Source: Octopus sinensis (Eukaryota). Taken from it: a stretch of 64,000 nt of DNA. This document shows, in pieces, positions 24,456-37,529 of this stretch (position 1 is the first letter of the stretch; each line of letters begins with the position of its first letter). The DNA is taken from assembly GCF_006345805.1 (NCBI RefSeq), contig NC_042998.1, positions 147,436,001 through 147,500,000 of the forward strand, in the 5' to 3' direction. Position numbers and translations under genes: made by a program. The notes beneath the pieces were generated by a model, which saw nothing but the letters and a program-made list of their open reading frames with translations, was not told where the DNA came from and ran no database searches.

Positions 24456-26599
24456 GAAAGAGCTTATCTTTCATGTTAGAGGAGTGGCACTATACGAACA
24501 TGTGTGTGTGTTTAAAAGTATGAACTCGCCACCACTACCTTCATCATCATCATCATTATTGTCCCCGGTGAATCTACACATTTGCGACTTTGTGTCTGAG
24601 ATTAACTTTGCCCTCTAAAGTACTGCGTGCGCGCACTAAGTAGAAACCATTTATTGTAATCATGGATAGAGTTTTGAATCGTCTATTGTTAAGTAAATTA
24701 ATAGAGCCCCCTTCCCCTCCCAAAGCTCTGGATGTCGTTAAATCATCTGCTTAATGTCATCAGCTGGTTATTGTTACGGAAAAGGCGTGGCCTAATAGTT
24801 TGCTAGTGCTAGGCTGTCGATTATAATATCGTAGCTTCAATTCCCGAACCGAGCATTGAGTCCTAGAACAAGGCACTTCACTCTCGGGCCTCTCTCTCTC
24901 CCTCTCTCTCTCAAACTGTTCCGAGTGGTTGATGACTGGTTGATATAACAATGCATAATATGCAAGCAGGTGTAACCTGTATACGCAACTTTTCATATAA
25001 ATATATTCGTCACGCCTGCTATTAGTTGTCTCTCTTTCTACATACATACATACGTACATACACACACACACACATATGTATGTAGGTGTGTATTTTATGG
25101 GTGGAAAATGTGAGGCAACCCAATTAATGAAGAATGCTTATTTATTTTGAAATTGCAAAATCAATATAAACATGCCGCATTTCAAATGGACTGCTTGACA
25201 AGAATCAGGTGCTGAGACGTTTTCGCTGTTCTAAACAAACGCGAAGGATATTAACCAAAAATAATAAGTTATTTTATACCAATGTGAAGGTGCGTGGTCT
25301 TGTGATTAGGTGTATTGCTATAACAATCGTAAATTCTTACGATCGTGGTTTCGGTGCGTTGTGTTCTTCAGCAAAACACTTCATTTCATGTTGTTCTCCA
25401 ATCCACTCAGTTGTAAATGAGTTCCAAGTAGTAGCTGGAAAGTTAAATCTGCAACGGACTAGCATCCCGTCCAGGAGTGTGAGGATATTGTAATCTCAGT
25501 CATTTATAAGCCGGGGGAACCGGTTTAACTTCCAGCTTCATGAGTCTTTGAGCCCATGACAGACTTAAAGTAAGTTTCTTTGTATCAGTATTATCATTTT
25601 CTTAGCGCGCCGGGCAAACTGCTTAGCGGCATTTCGTCCGTCTTTATGTTTCTGAGTTCAAATTCCTTCGAGGCCAACTTTGCCTTTCATCCCTTTCGAG
25701 GGTCGATAGAATAAATACCAGTTAGGCACTGGCGTTGAAGTAAGCGACCCACTCCATTCTCCGAAATTGCTGGACTTGTCTCAAAATTTAAAACCAATAT
25801 TATCTCGTATCTATCTACTATACATGCATATCATGTACAAGCGTACAAACATTATTCTGCTTATCAGGATATGTGTTCAAGTGTAGCACTTTTAAATGCC
25901 TTCAATGTCTATGAAACGACATCAAGGACATAGACTTGTTTAACGGAATGAAACAACGTTAGTGATAATCATAAATTTATATCTCAAAATACTATAACAA
26001 GGGCTTTCGATCCGCTTTTGGTACAAGGCCTTGAATTTTAAGGGAAGGGGATTAGTCAATGACATCGTCCCTAGAACTAGACTGGTGCTTTATCTTGTCG
26101 ACCCTGGAGGGATGAAAGGTAAGATTGACAGTAGCGAAATTTGAACCTAGGACGTAAAGCGTTGGAAGAAACACTACGAAGCATTTTTTTCGACTCTCTG
26201 ACCCAACCCCACCACCTTTTGGGGGGTTCTAAATTTGGTTTTCTAATTCGGCGGGATTCGAACTTCACCAGGCATTTTCTCGGCGTTCTAGCGATTCTGC
26301 TAGCCCGCCGCCTTGCATCTAAAAATAACAGTAAGAACAATTATAAAACAGAATTTCTTTGGGTGCTGCTAGTTATAAATGCATATATAAATGTAGCGAC
26401 CTTTCGAACTTAGCACATACAAGATGATCTCCTCTCACAACTTTTTGAAAAGTATTTATTTCGTTAACATATATACGTATCTTAGTCATTCTTACTTCTC
26501 TTATAGTTGCTTCTGATCTTTGATCGTTGATCAAAGACGTTCCAAGCCTGATCATATCTATTTTCTTTTTTTCTTTCTTTTTTTTTTTTGCCTTCTCAG

Positions 26600-26990
26600 A
26601 TGAAGTCTATCTAGGACTATTTTATCAAATGTGCCCTTTTTTCAAAACTGTAGGCAGTAGGTGACAGATTTAACTGCTTCTGATTGCTTGGTTCCAAGTA
26701 AAGATGTTCTATCTTTGACCATCCTGTCGTATATTCAGATACAATGTATCTAGGATTACATTATCCAATGTACCCGTCAATTTTTAAGAAAATAGGGAGT
26801 AAACTAAGAGAGATTTATTAATTCCCAAGTAATCCTGATCAACGATGCTTCAGCCTTGGCCATCTTGTCTTTTAATCAAACATAGTGTAACTAGGACAAC
26901 ATTATCCAATGTGTCCTTCTACTTTTTAAGACAAAAGGGCATGATTCGGGTGTGATTTCACTGCTATTTCTCATTAAGATCTCGTTGACT
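26600..26990 (+). mobile_element. Unclassified dispersed repeat
   Basis: Motif CTAGGACTACATTATCCAATGTGTCCTTC..TTTAAGA..GGGTGTGATTT recurs in diverged form near 1605, 26750, 26890, 27255 and 38510. Confidence 0.45.
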
Positions 26991-28239
26991 CTTTCATTCC
27001 TGTTTAATGTCTCACCATCGACATAGTATACACTCATCTTAATTACTTGTACCTCATTATATATCTTGTATATCTAATTACTCCACTCACTACATCATCT
27101 ATTACCGTTCATTTGTTTCATCGCGCGATAGCGGTGTGAACTATACGGACTGGAAGAGCGAAACACCAGTTTTATATCTAGGACAGACCTAGGATCAAAG
27201 GCTTTCAATCCATCACTTCCTCTTTTTGAGCGTGTGTAGGTCATGGTGTATATAGGACTACATTATCTATACTGCTCTTCCCATTTTTAAGATAATAGAG
27301 GGACATTTGACTGCCATTTCTAATCATTTATACTCATATTTGACTGATATTTCCATTAAGTCGAGTTACGGCATCTGGTTTCTTGGTTGTCCTGTCGTGT
27401 GCTTTTGTGTGTGAATATAGTGTGTATATAGTGTATATAATTTGTTTATAATATATTGGGGTGAGTCTTGGTCAGGTGCTTAATTATGAATACTGGGCTT
27501 GATTCGGCTTTCAGAAAGGGGTCACAACATCTTGGCACCTTATCCAGGGGGATATTTACCCTCGGCTCCGCTTCACAGTACAGCTTGAATTAAAGGCCTT
27601 TTGTAGAAGTTGGCATTACACGGTCCGAACGCGTGTCTTGAGTTTGTGTGTGTGTGTGTGTTTGTTTCCCCTCGACCTAATTTCACTTAACAAGATTCGT
27701 GTTGGGTCAAGCCTATGATAAAAGACCCGTGGTGAAAATGCTATGCAGTAGGATTGATTGTAATTCATGAGGGAAGTGAGAAGGCACTGCCCAAGACCTG
27801 TTATAAGTCCCCTGAGACTGGTGGCGGAGAGGAAGGTATCCTTAAACAGAAGCTTAACCCAAATGCTTACAACAGATTATATTCCCCGACAGGCACCTCA
27901 GGTCATGGTATTAAAGTAGGTGACAGATTAAGTCTACAACCCAAAGACGATAGGAGCCGGAAAAAATACCACAAGGCATCTGGTTTGCCTTTCTTTCAGT
28001 TCCACCAATCCACCAACCTTATAGTTGGTACTTTTTTTTCTTTATCGACCTCGAAAGGATAAAAGGTAAACTTCATTTTAACTGGATTTGAACTCAGATG
28101 ACAGAGTAGTGCATGTGTATTTATGTATGCGTGAACAGATATGACCGAGTGGACATTATTGGGAATAGCAGTCTCCCTCTAATCACTGCGGTTTTATGGT
28201 GGATATGATCTGCTAGTCACTATGTTACGGTAGACATGA

Positions 28240-28287
<48 letters not shown>

Positions 28288-28290
28288 CTG

Positions 28291-28322
<32 letters not shown>

Positions 28323-28622
28323 ATCTATCTATCTATCTATCTATCTCTCGATCGATCTCTACCTCGATACAGCAATATAACTAGATGAAGACCACGTCTA
28401 CCGTGGAGATCTCTGGCACACACAATGTGTCACACTAAATCTACCGGAATAAAAAGAAAAAGGGGTGGCTGTGACGCTTAACAACTTAATTGGCGTTTCA
28501 AGTTCAAACCTGCTTAGTGACTCAGAGGAAGACCACGTCTCGTGATGCGCGCGTAAATAATTCTCCCGCCAATAATAGTGCATTGTCGATAATAGTCGTT
28601 ACTTGCTCTCGTGTGTGAATGC

Positions 28623-28655
<33 letters not shown>

Positions 28656-29144
28656 ATGTATGTATGTATGTATGTATGTATACACACACATACGTACACG
28701 TTTTGGGAAGATTAACGTGCAAGTTCTTTAATATACGAGATAAATGGATCTTCGTTGTTTTGAATGGTGCTTATTCCAGTTGTTCGGTCAACTGCATTCA
28801 TTGAATTATAGTGTTGATTATTGAGTATTCCACAAATACGTGTACCCTTAATGTACTCTTTTGAATTAGAAGTATAATCCACCCACCCAATGGCTTCCGC
28901 ACAGTTTCCCCTCTACCTAATTTCACTTACAAGATTCGTGTTGGGTCAAGCCTATGATAAAAGACCCGTGGTGAAAATGCTATGCAGTGGGATTGAAACT
29001 GGAGTGTCATGATTGTAAAGCGAACTTCTTAAACCACTCGGCTGTGCCTGTGTAAACACACACACACACACACACACACATACATTGTGCATGCATAATC
29101 ATGTTTACATAGGTATGCACATACATAAATTGTTTTGTTCTTCC

Positions 29145-29189
<45 letters not shown>

Positions 29190-30320
29190 GTGTATGTGTG
29201 CGTGCGCGTGTATGTGTGATTCATTACTAGTCAAGGCTAACCTCTTATATTTCATCGATATTTCCCGCCATGCTACAAATATTGATTCTACGAAAGTCGG
29301 CTGACTGAAACCTCTCAGATGACGACGACAACAACAACTACTACTACTAGTTGCTGTTGATGTTATCATTATTATGTTCGTTAAGATAAGCTTACAGAAT
29401 CGTTCAGCGCTTTGGACAAAATGCTTCGTAGCATTTCATGTGGCTCTTAATGCTCTGACTTCAAATGCCGCCGAGGTCTGCTTTGCCTTTCATCCCTTCG
29501 GGATCGATAAAATAAGGCACCAGTCTAATATTGGGGTTGATGTAATCGACTTAAGTTTTTGTTCGAAAATTTTCTCAGTAAAATCACGCCAGTTGCTGTA
29601 TTCAAAGTTGCTCTAAATATTGCAAGCTAAAAACTTTTTTGAGTACAAATTCCGCTGATTTGAGGTCCTCTTTGCTTTTCTCCTCACACCACGAAGGTCG
29701 ATAAAAAAAAAAGTACCTATGAAGTATTGAAGCCGATGGTATCGACTGATCCCTTCCCCTAAACATTGCTGGTCTTGTTCCTAAATCAAGAACCATTGTT
29801 CTTAAAAATGCAGTAAGGTGTGATTTTGAAGAGATTTGGCTGTTATGTCTCGCAGGTCAAGCGTTCACTTAACGGCTCCTTAGTTGGTTTGGATACGTGC
29901 GTGTATATGCATCCATGCATGTGTGTTTGTGTGTTTGACCCCGTTCACTTGATTACCAGTATTGGTCTGTTTACGTCATTGTAGCGTAAAAAACCAGTGA
30001 CTTTACAAATTCAAATAAGTACTGGGGTACTTATTTTTTTTTTAAATCCTTCATGGTGGAGCCCCAGCATGGCCGCATTCCACTGACGGAAACAAGTAAA
30101 AAAGATAATACACAAATTTTAGGATATTTTTATACATTATACGACTTTAATCTGTATTTCTGGATATATAATCAGTTTATATGAAGGTAGTGCAAATCCA
30201 GAAATATTTATTTGTAATTAGAAAGAAAATCTACTCTAATTGGAAAATGGGTGGTGTTCATCGGACGACCCCCAAAATATACCAACAATAATAGCTGTAG
30301 CAATACTTTTTATATATATA

Positions 30321-30745
30321 TTCTTTTATTCTTTTACTTGTTTCAGTCATTTGACTGCAGTCATGCTGAACACCACCTTGAAGGGTTTATTCTTTATAAG
30401 CCTAGTATTTATTCTCTCGGTGTTTTTTGCCGAATCGCTAATGTTACGGGGACATAAACACCCCAGTATCGGTTGTCATGCGATGGTGGGGCGGGGGTAC
30501 AAACACAGACACAAATATATACATATACATACATACATGCATACATACATGCATGCATGCATACATACATGCATACATACATATATACGACGGGCTTCTT
30601 TCAGTTTTAGCCTACTAAATCCGCTCAAAAGGTTTTGGTCGGTCCAAGACAATGGTAGAAGGCACCTACCTAAGGTGCCACGCAGTGGGACTGAACCCGG
30701 AAGTATGTGGTAGGGAAGCAAGCTTCTTAACCACACCTGCGCCTA
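30321..30745 (-). mobile_element. SINE family 2, full-length
   Basis: tRNA-like head, CORE-like block (GCGTGGCACCTTAGGTAGGTG), internal microsatellite and TAAAAGAA tail on the minus strand. Confidence 0.85.
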
Positions 30746-30820
30746 TAAAATAAAGCTCTAACAGAAATAATTTACGATACATAAAAAATATACCTTTGAA
30801 TATCGGACCCTGATATTAGT

Positions 30821-31040
30821 TTCAAATTTTGGCCCAAGACCATCTATATCGAGGGGAGGGGCTACGTCGATTACATTGCCCCCTCCCCCGTGTTCAACTG
30901 GTACTTATGTTATCGACCCCTGGAATAATGAAAGGTAAAGTCGACGTCGGCAGAATTTGAACGCAAGACGTAAAGACGACCGAAATGTTGCTAAGCATTT
31001 TACCCAGCAACATAACGATTCTGCCAAGGTCGCTGCCTTA
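30821..31040 (-). mobile_element. SINE family 1 copy
   Basis: Reverse complement of the family 1 head and body. Confidence 0.8.
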
Positions 31041-31048
31041 TGTATTTA

Positions 31049-31892
31049 CAGTCAACTCTCGCTACTATGCCACCTCGCTACTATGCCACTCTCGCTACTA
31101 TGCCAGTTTTGCGCGGTCCCGGCCAAATAATAAACAAAAAATTTTTACTATGCCACCCTCAACTCTCGCTACTATGCCACTTGTTAACTGAAGCGCACGC
31201 AACTTTTCGAAATTTTGTACTCCTACATTTTGTACATTTCGTATTTGTAATCTTGTGGAAAAGTTCAGAAAGTAGCACACAATGTCAGCTCAGAAACGCA
31301 AGCGGACTGAGTTTACGCTGAAGGAAAAGGAGATTATCGATGCTGCGAAAAACGTTATTGTCGGGCCCTTCGTATCATTAGTAATATCTGATACAAGTTA
31401 CCGCCCCTTGTATCGTCCGACATGTTTCACTCTAGAAGAAATAGCAAAGGAGGTAATGCATAACGAAGAGCCGGTGGAAAGTGAAGACGACGAGGTAATT
31501 GTGGAAGAGGAATATGTTTCGTTTGCAGATGCCCAGAGAGCATGGAGCACTATCCGAAAGTTTATGCAGCAGCAGAGCAGCGGAAAACCCAGCGTCATGC
31601 AGGTGTGTGATAGGCTAGACAACGAAATGAATGAAATCCGCCGAAAGAAGATGCGTCAGCCGACAATTTTTGAGAGCTTCGGGATTAACTAAAAGCAATC
31701 TGAACTTAATAAACTTGGATGTCTTCTTTTTACCATTGCATTGAACTTCTTATTGGCCTTACTTCCTACCCTATGAATTTTTATTCGTATGTTCAGTAAA
31801 TTTTTGGTTATGTAGTGTTTAGATAACAGACTCTCGGGACTATGCCACTTTGGCTCAGTCCCGCAGGGTGGCATAGTAGCGAGAGTTGACTG
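31049..31892 (+). mobile_element. Tigger/pogo-type non-autonomous DNA transposon, 844 bp
   Basis: 26-bp perfect TIR CAGTCAACTCTCGCTACTATGCCACC; TA target-site duplication (31047-48, 31893-94); reiterated subterminal CTCGCTACTATGCCAC motifs. Confidence 0.93.
31282..31692 (+). pseudogene. Internally deleted Tigger-like transposase ORF (136 aa; N-terminus fused to C-terminus, no DDE domain)
   Basis: MSAQKRKRTEFTLKEKEII resembles the start of the CENP-B/pipsqueak HTH; the acidic tract, SFADAQRAWSTIRKF and KMRQPTIFESF resemble the Tigger C-terminus. Confidence 0.75.
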
Positions 31893-32191
31893 TATTGTGA
31901 ATATCGGTGCTGTGTGGTTTTCGTAAATGTGTTGTTTTCGTTAATATATGTATAGGTATCGATTAGCGATCGACCTAATTTTGATGGGAGTGGCTGAGTT
32001 GTGACAGGGGTGGGGTGGGGGGTTTGACAAGGAAATTGTATGTGTGTGTGCATGTGGAGAGAGGAAGTCGCGTGGAAACAAGTCTCATGTTTCAGTGCAG
32101 TTAATGCACGTATACATTGTATTTTTTAGAAAATTCTTTTGTTAACTATAATATACATATGTGTGTGTGTGCGTGTGTGCGCGCGCGCGTG

Positions 32192-32223
<32 letters not shown>

Positions 32224-32227
32224 TGTA

Positions 32228-32265
32228 TCTTTATGTTGAAGAGCGTAGGCTCGAAACGTTAAAGA
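32228..32265 (+). ncRNA. Variant minimal hammerhead-like motif (core altered), Penelope-type
   Basis: TCTTT ATGTTGA A GAGC-GTAG-GCTC GAAA CGTT^AAAGA: helices I and II perfect, AACGTT palindrome, but the core deviates from CTGANGA at two positions. Confidence 0.45.
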
Positions 32266-32415
32266 CTTGTTTTATTTATTTTTCCTGAGCGCCATACTAA
32301 TACAATTGTTTGTTTGTATTCCACCTGCCTTCGTCTTTTGTTTATTTCCGTAAACCTGCCTTCGTCTTTTGTCTATTTTCATAAAGCTGCCCGTTATATA
32401 TATATATATATATTA

Positions 32416-32456
<41 letters not shown>

Positions 32457-32500
32457 TACATATATATGTATGTATATCTGTTTGTATATACATGTATGTA

Positions 32501-32579
<79 letters not shown>

Positions 32580-32675
32580 ATATTATATATATATATATAT
32601 ATATATGTAGTGTATATATATATGTATGTATGTGTATATATATATATATATGTATGTGTATATATAATGTATGTA

Positions 32676-32714
<39 letters not shown>

Positions 32715-32826
32715 GTATGTATATATACATATGTATGTATATGTAGGTATGTATATATATGTATATGTATGTATATATACATATGTATGTATATAGGTAT
32801 GTATATACATAGGTATGTATATATAC

Positions 32827-32859
<33 letters not shown>

Positions 32860-32888
32860 TGATATATATATGTATATATATATGTATA

Positions 32889-32938
<50 letters not shown>

Positions 32939-32957
32939 ATATAATATATATATATAT

Positions 32958-33336
32958 AGGTGCAGGCATGGCTGTGTGGTAAGAAGCTTGCTTCCCAACC
33001 ACATAGTTCTATGTTCAGTTCCACTGTGTGGCACCTTAGGCAAGTGTCTTCTACTATAGCCTTGGGCCGACCAAAGCCTTGTGAGTGGGTTTGGTAGACT
33101 GAATATGAAAGAAGGCTGTCTTATATGTGTGTGCGCGTTTGTCCTACTGTCATCAATTGACAATTGATGCTGGTGTGTTTATGACCTTATAAGTAAGCAG
33201 TCCGAGGAAAAGAGACCAATAGAATAAGTACTAGGCTTACAAAAAATAAGTTTTGGGGTCAAGTTCTTCAACTAAAACTCTCCAAGGTGGTGCTCCAGCA
33301 TGGCCACAGTCAGATGACTAAAACAAGTAAAAGAAT
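32958..33336 (+). mobile_element. SINE family 2 (tRNA head plus CORE-like domain), full-length
   Basis: GGCTGTGTGGTAAGAAGCTTG head, GTTCAGTTCC B-box-like motif, TGTGTGGCACCTTAGGCAAGTG resembling the CORE-SINE core. Octopus OR1/OR2 are known CORE-SINEs, but assignment to a named family was not verified. Confidence 0.85.
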
Positions 33337-33918
33337 ATATATTCAGCATGTCATTTGCTTTGTTTTAACTTGTATTTACTAAAAGTTGTTTTTAAAATGA
33401 AGCAGCTATCTATCATATCTCTCTCTGCTGTGACCAATATACTTTACAAAAGATGACACTTGTCAAGATATTCTTTTTGTTTATTTGTTTATTTTCTTCT
33501 GTTTTGTAAGAGACTCTGTTTCACCAACATAGCAATATTAGAAGAAAAATATATACAAATGAGGCATGTAATGTGGCATGAGGTGAAAACGGGTGGAGGG
33601 GTGACAGTGAGAGTGGGTAGGGGAATGTTGGCAGGAAGTTGACGCTTCATGGAACACTGGATAAGTTTATGCTATCTTTTACTCAATGAGAATATGTCAA
33701 ATGGTTTCCCAAGTTTAGAAATCGTAACTGCACAGTTTAACAGATGCAGCAGTCTTGCTATGACGCTTAACAGAGTTTCATGATAATAACAACACTGTTA
33801 GCTAGTCATCATAGCTTTATTTTTGAGAAGAATTAGTTTGTAACTGTCACAAGAATTGGCCTAGAATCCTACCCCCTCTCTCCTTTTCTCTGTCTCTCTG
33901 TTCTCCCACTTTTTCCAG

Positions 33919-33986
33919 TCTCCACTGACATTTGCAACTACTTTTGCCAGAAGTCTTTCTGTGGGTGCCACAGGAATTATCAAATG
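33919..33986 (+). other. Candidate 68-nt exon
   Basis: Preceded by a ~45-nt polypyrimidine tract ending TTTTTCCAG; followed by ATG|GTAATC. Confidence 0.3.
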
Positions 33987-34475
33987 GTAATCTGTAAACA
34001 TTTTCCTGATTCTCCACTCATGTCAGCACCATCTTTCCAATTAAATACCATTTAATAAATAACAATTATGAAGGAGGGGGATATTCTGCAGAGGTATTTT
34101 CTCTCTATTCTATGATATTAACAAATATTTTTACCCTTTTTCTGTATTTGTTGGCACAAGTATTTATTTATATAAACCACAAACATGGTAGTGTGATTAA
34201 GAAGTTTGCTTCCCAACCTTTAGGAGAATTTGGTTAATGGAAATTGAAAGAAGCCCATCGTATTCACATATATATATATCAGCCGAAATTGCGAAGATGA
34301 TCCGGTTCTTGACTGATGATTGAGGGCTTTGAATGTCCCGTCCTGTGTTTCTTGTGTCGTCTTCTAGGTGTTTCACGTTCTTGTCCCAGTTTGTATATAT
34401 TTTTTACTTTTACATTTATATTATATGTATATGTATATGTATAATATATATGTATTATATATATATATATATATC

Positions 34476-34526
<51 letters not shown>

Positions 34527-34623
34527 CATATTATATGTATATATATATGTTATATAATTATAATATGTATATAATACATATATATATGTATATATATATG
34601 TATATTATAGAATATAATGTATA

Positions 34624-34689
<66 letters not shown>

Positions 34690-34699
34690 ATATATGTGT

Positions 34700-34830
34700 C
34701 CCCACCACCAATACCGTTGAACACTGTTTCTCTCCCCCACCACCAATACCGTTGAACACTGTCTTCATCACCACCCCCAACCACCAATACCGTTGAACAC
34801 TGTTCTCACCCCCCCCCACCACCAATACCA
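34700..34830. repeat. Minisatellite, ~35-40-bp unit (CCACCAATACCGTTGAACACTGT...), 3-4 copies
   Basis: Direct reading. Confidence 0.85.
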
Positions 34831-35159
34831 GTATACCCCGTTCTCTCACATCTACACCGGATACACCTTACTCATCTACACTGGGTACGCCCTACTCCCT
34901 CCTCCTCCTCCCACTACCCTACCACTTCTCCTCATATGCTTAAGAAGCTGCTAGCGCCATAGCTCATCAACTGCCCACCGATCTTACGCTTCTCCTGACA
35001 CTGCCTCAATCCGACCATCCCCTTTTAGTACCCTCCCGCCTCGTCACCTACCCATTCTAAGTACCCCCCTACCCATTCTAAGTACCCCGGATCCCCAAGT
35101 ACCCCGGATCCCCAAAATACCCCCAGTCCCCAAAGTACCCCGGACCTCGTTGCCCCCGT

Positions 35160-35412
35160 GCCGCTGACACGTTAAAATGCTCGAATCCGATCGTGACGAT
35201 GCCGACCCTCCGGCCCCTGTGCAGGTGGCACGTAAAAAGCACCCAATCCACTCACGGAGTGGTTGGCGTTAGGAAGGGCATCCAGCCGTAGAAACTCTGC
35301 CAGATTCAGACTGGAGCCTGGAGCGGCCTTGGCTTCCCAGACCCGGTCAAACCGTCCAACCCGTGCTAGCGCGGAAAGCGGACGTTAACGATGATGATTA
35401 TGATGATGATGA
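35160..35412 (+). mobile_element. Retroposon family 3 with (GAT)n tail (RTE-mobilised SINE-like)
   Basis: GGTTGGCGTTAGGAAGGGCATCCAGC..GTAGAAAC body and CGGACGTTAA(GAT)n tail, shared with 40895, 52510, 53372 and 54281. Confidence 0.8.
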
Positions 35413-35446
35413 TGTATATGTATATATATATATATATGTATATATG

Positions 35447-35494
<48 letters not shown>

Positions 35495-35652
35495 GATTAA
35501 ATTAGAGATAAAACCACTATTAGGCAATCAAACAATGATGTATATATGTATGTATATAAACACTATATGTATATATGTATGTATAATATATGTATGTATA
35601 TATATATGTTTATATATATATATGTGTGTATATATATATATGTTTATATATA

Positions 35653-35694
<42 letters not shown>

Positions 35695-36364
35695 AAACCA
35701 GGGACCAAGGTCCGTTCCTGAGCCATAGGCTCATAAAACCACTTTCCATGGATTCTGAGATATATATACCTCCCACCACCTGGATGGGCCTGGTCTATCA
35801 CAGAATTACTCACTTTTGCCAGCTGGAGCAATGTGAAATGAAGGGGTTTGCCTAAAAATACAGTACATCACCTGCTCCAGGAATCGAAACCACAATCTTA
35901 CAATCATGAGTGCAACACCCTAACCACTAAGCCACACACTTACACACACACATACGTATGTATGTATGTGTATATATATATGTGTGTGTATACACATACA
36001 TATATATATGTATATGCATATAGGTATGCGTGTGTGTGTGTAGAGGCACAGACATGGATGTGTGGTTAAATTGTTTGCTTCCCAACTACATGTTTTTATG
36101 TTCAGTCCTATTGCCTGGCACCCTTGGTCTTCTTGTTTAGGCTTGGGCTGACCAAAGCTATATGAATTGATTTGATGGACACATTGTAAAAGAAGTGCAT
36201 TGTGTATATGTATATGTATTTATGTATGTGTATATGTGTATGTGTGTGTGTGTGTGTGTGTGTGAGTGTGTGTATTTGTTTAAATATACATACATCTGTA
36301 AGTTTTACATTCCATTGTATATGCATATATATATAGCTGTATGGATAAATCCATACATACACAA

Positions 36365-36396
<32 letters not shown>

Positions 36397-36399
36397 ACA

Positions 36400-36445
<46 letters not shown>

Positions 36446-36885
36446 TATATATCACATGTATATATACATGTATATATGCAATGGTTTTATCCACAGATAT
36501 ATGCATGCATACTATTATATAAATATATATATATATATATTATGTATGTATGTATGTATATATATGCATGCACATATATTTGTGTGTGTATCTTGTATGT
36601 GCACACACATGTAGAACATGCGTAATTCCTTTGTCTGAAAGAACTGTATTACACATAGATTTGCAATGGATTTCTCATCTATCACCCCCCCCCCCTCCAA
36701 CCCGCTACTTCTCCCCACCTCCTCCTCCAACCTTTTCTACACAAACTCCATCTTACAGAACATCTCTTCTGATGCTATACAGCACACAGCATCATCATCA
36801 TCATCCTCATGAACATCATCATTGTCTCCATCACTACTACTGCTATTCTCATAAATATTATAGGACTACTACCTGCCACTATAAC

Positions 36886-36931
<46 letters not shown>

Positions 36932-37529
36932 GTCAATGACTACCATCATGAATGCAGCCACCTCTACCACCACCATCACCACTACCACAACAACTACTAC
37001 TACTACCTGAACTATCACTACTTGCATTTCCACCATCATCATCATTTGCTGCAGGACTACCATCACCACACTGAGCAATAACACCACTGAGACTACCACT
37101 ATCATACCACCTCCACCACCACCACTACTATGGTCATCACCATCACCACCACAATGGCAGTGAAATATATTACAAATCCTTAAATTCAGTCAGTTTTACT
37201 ATTCTGTAGATTTTATTAATTTTCATTATTGATGTCATGGTAAGGAATGTTTAGATATGGTGGTGGTGGTGATGGTTTTGGTGGTGGTTGTTGTGGTGTC
37301 GTTGGTGGTGGTCGTGATGGTTGTTGTTGTGGCAGTGGTGGTGGTGATGGTTGTTGTTGGTGGTGGTGGTGGCCTGACTTGAAAAAGGAAAAAACAATTT
37401 GTTTGACTGAACCCTTCAAAGCAATGCCCCAGCATGGCCACTGTCCAAAGATTGAAACAAGTAAAAGATAAAAGATATTTGCCCTGTAGCTATAGGCATA
37501 AGATTCTGTACCTTCTGCTATAGTACCTT

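Noticed and set aside
27754-28062. 102-aa ORF
   Set aside because: Non-ATG start, runs into a SINE fragment, no recognisable domain.
34313-34345. CTGATGA hammerhead-like core
   Set aside because: No GAAA in register, and helices I and II cannot be formed convincingly.
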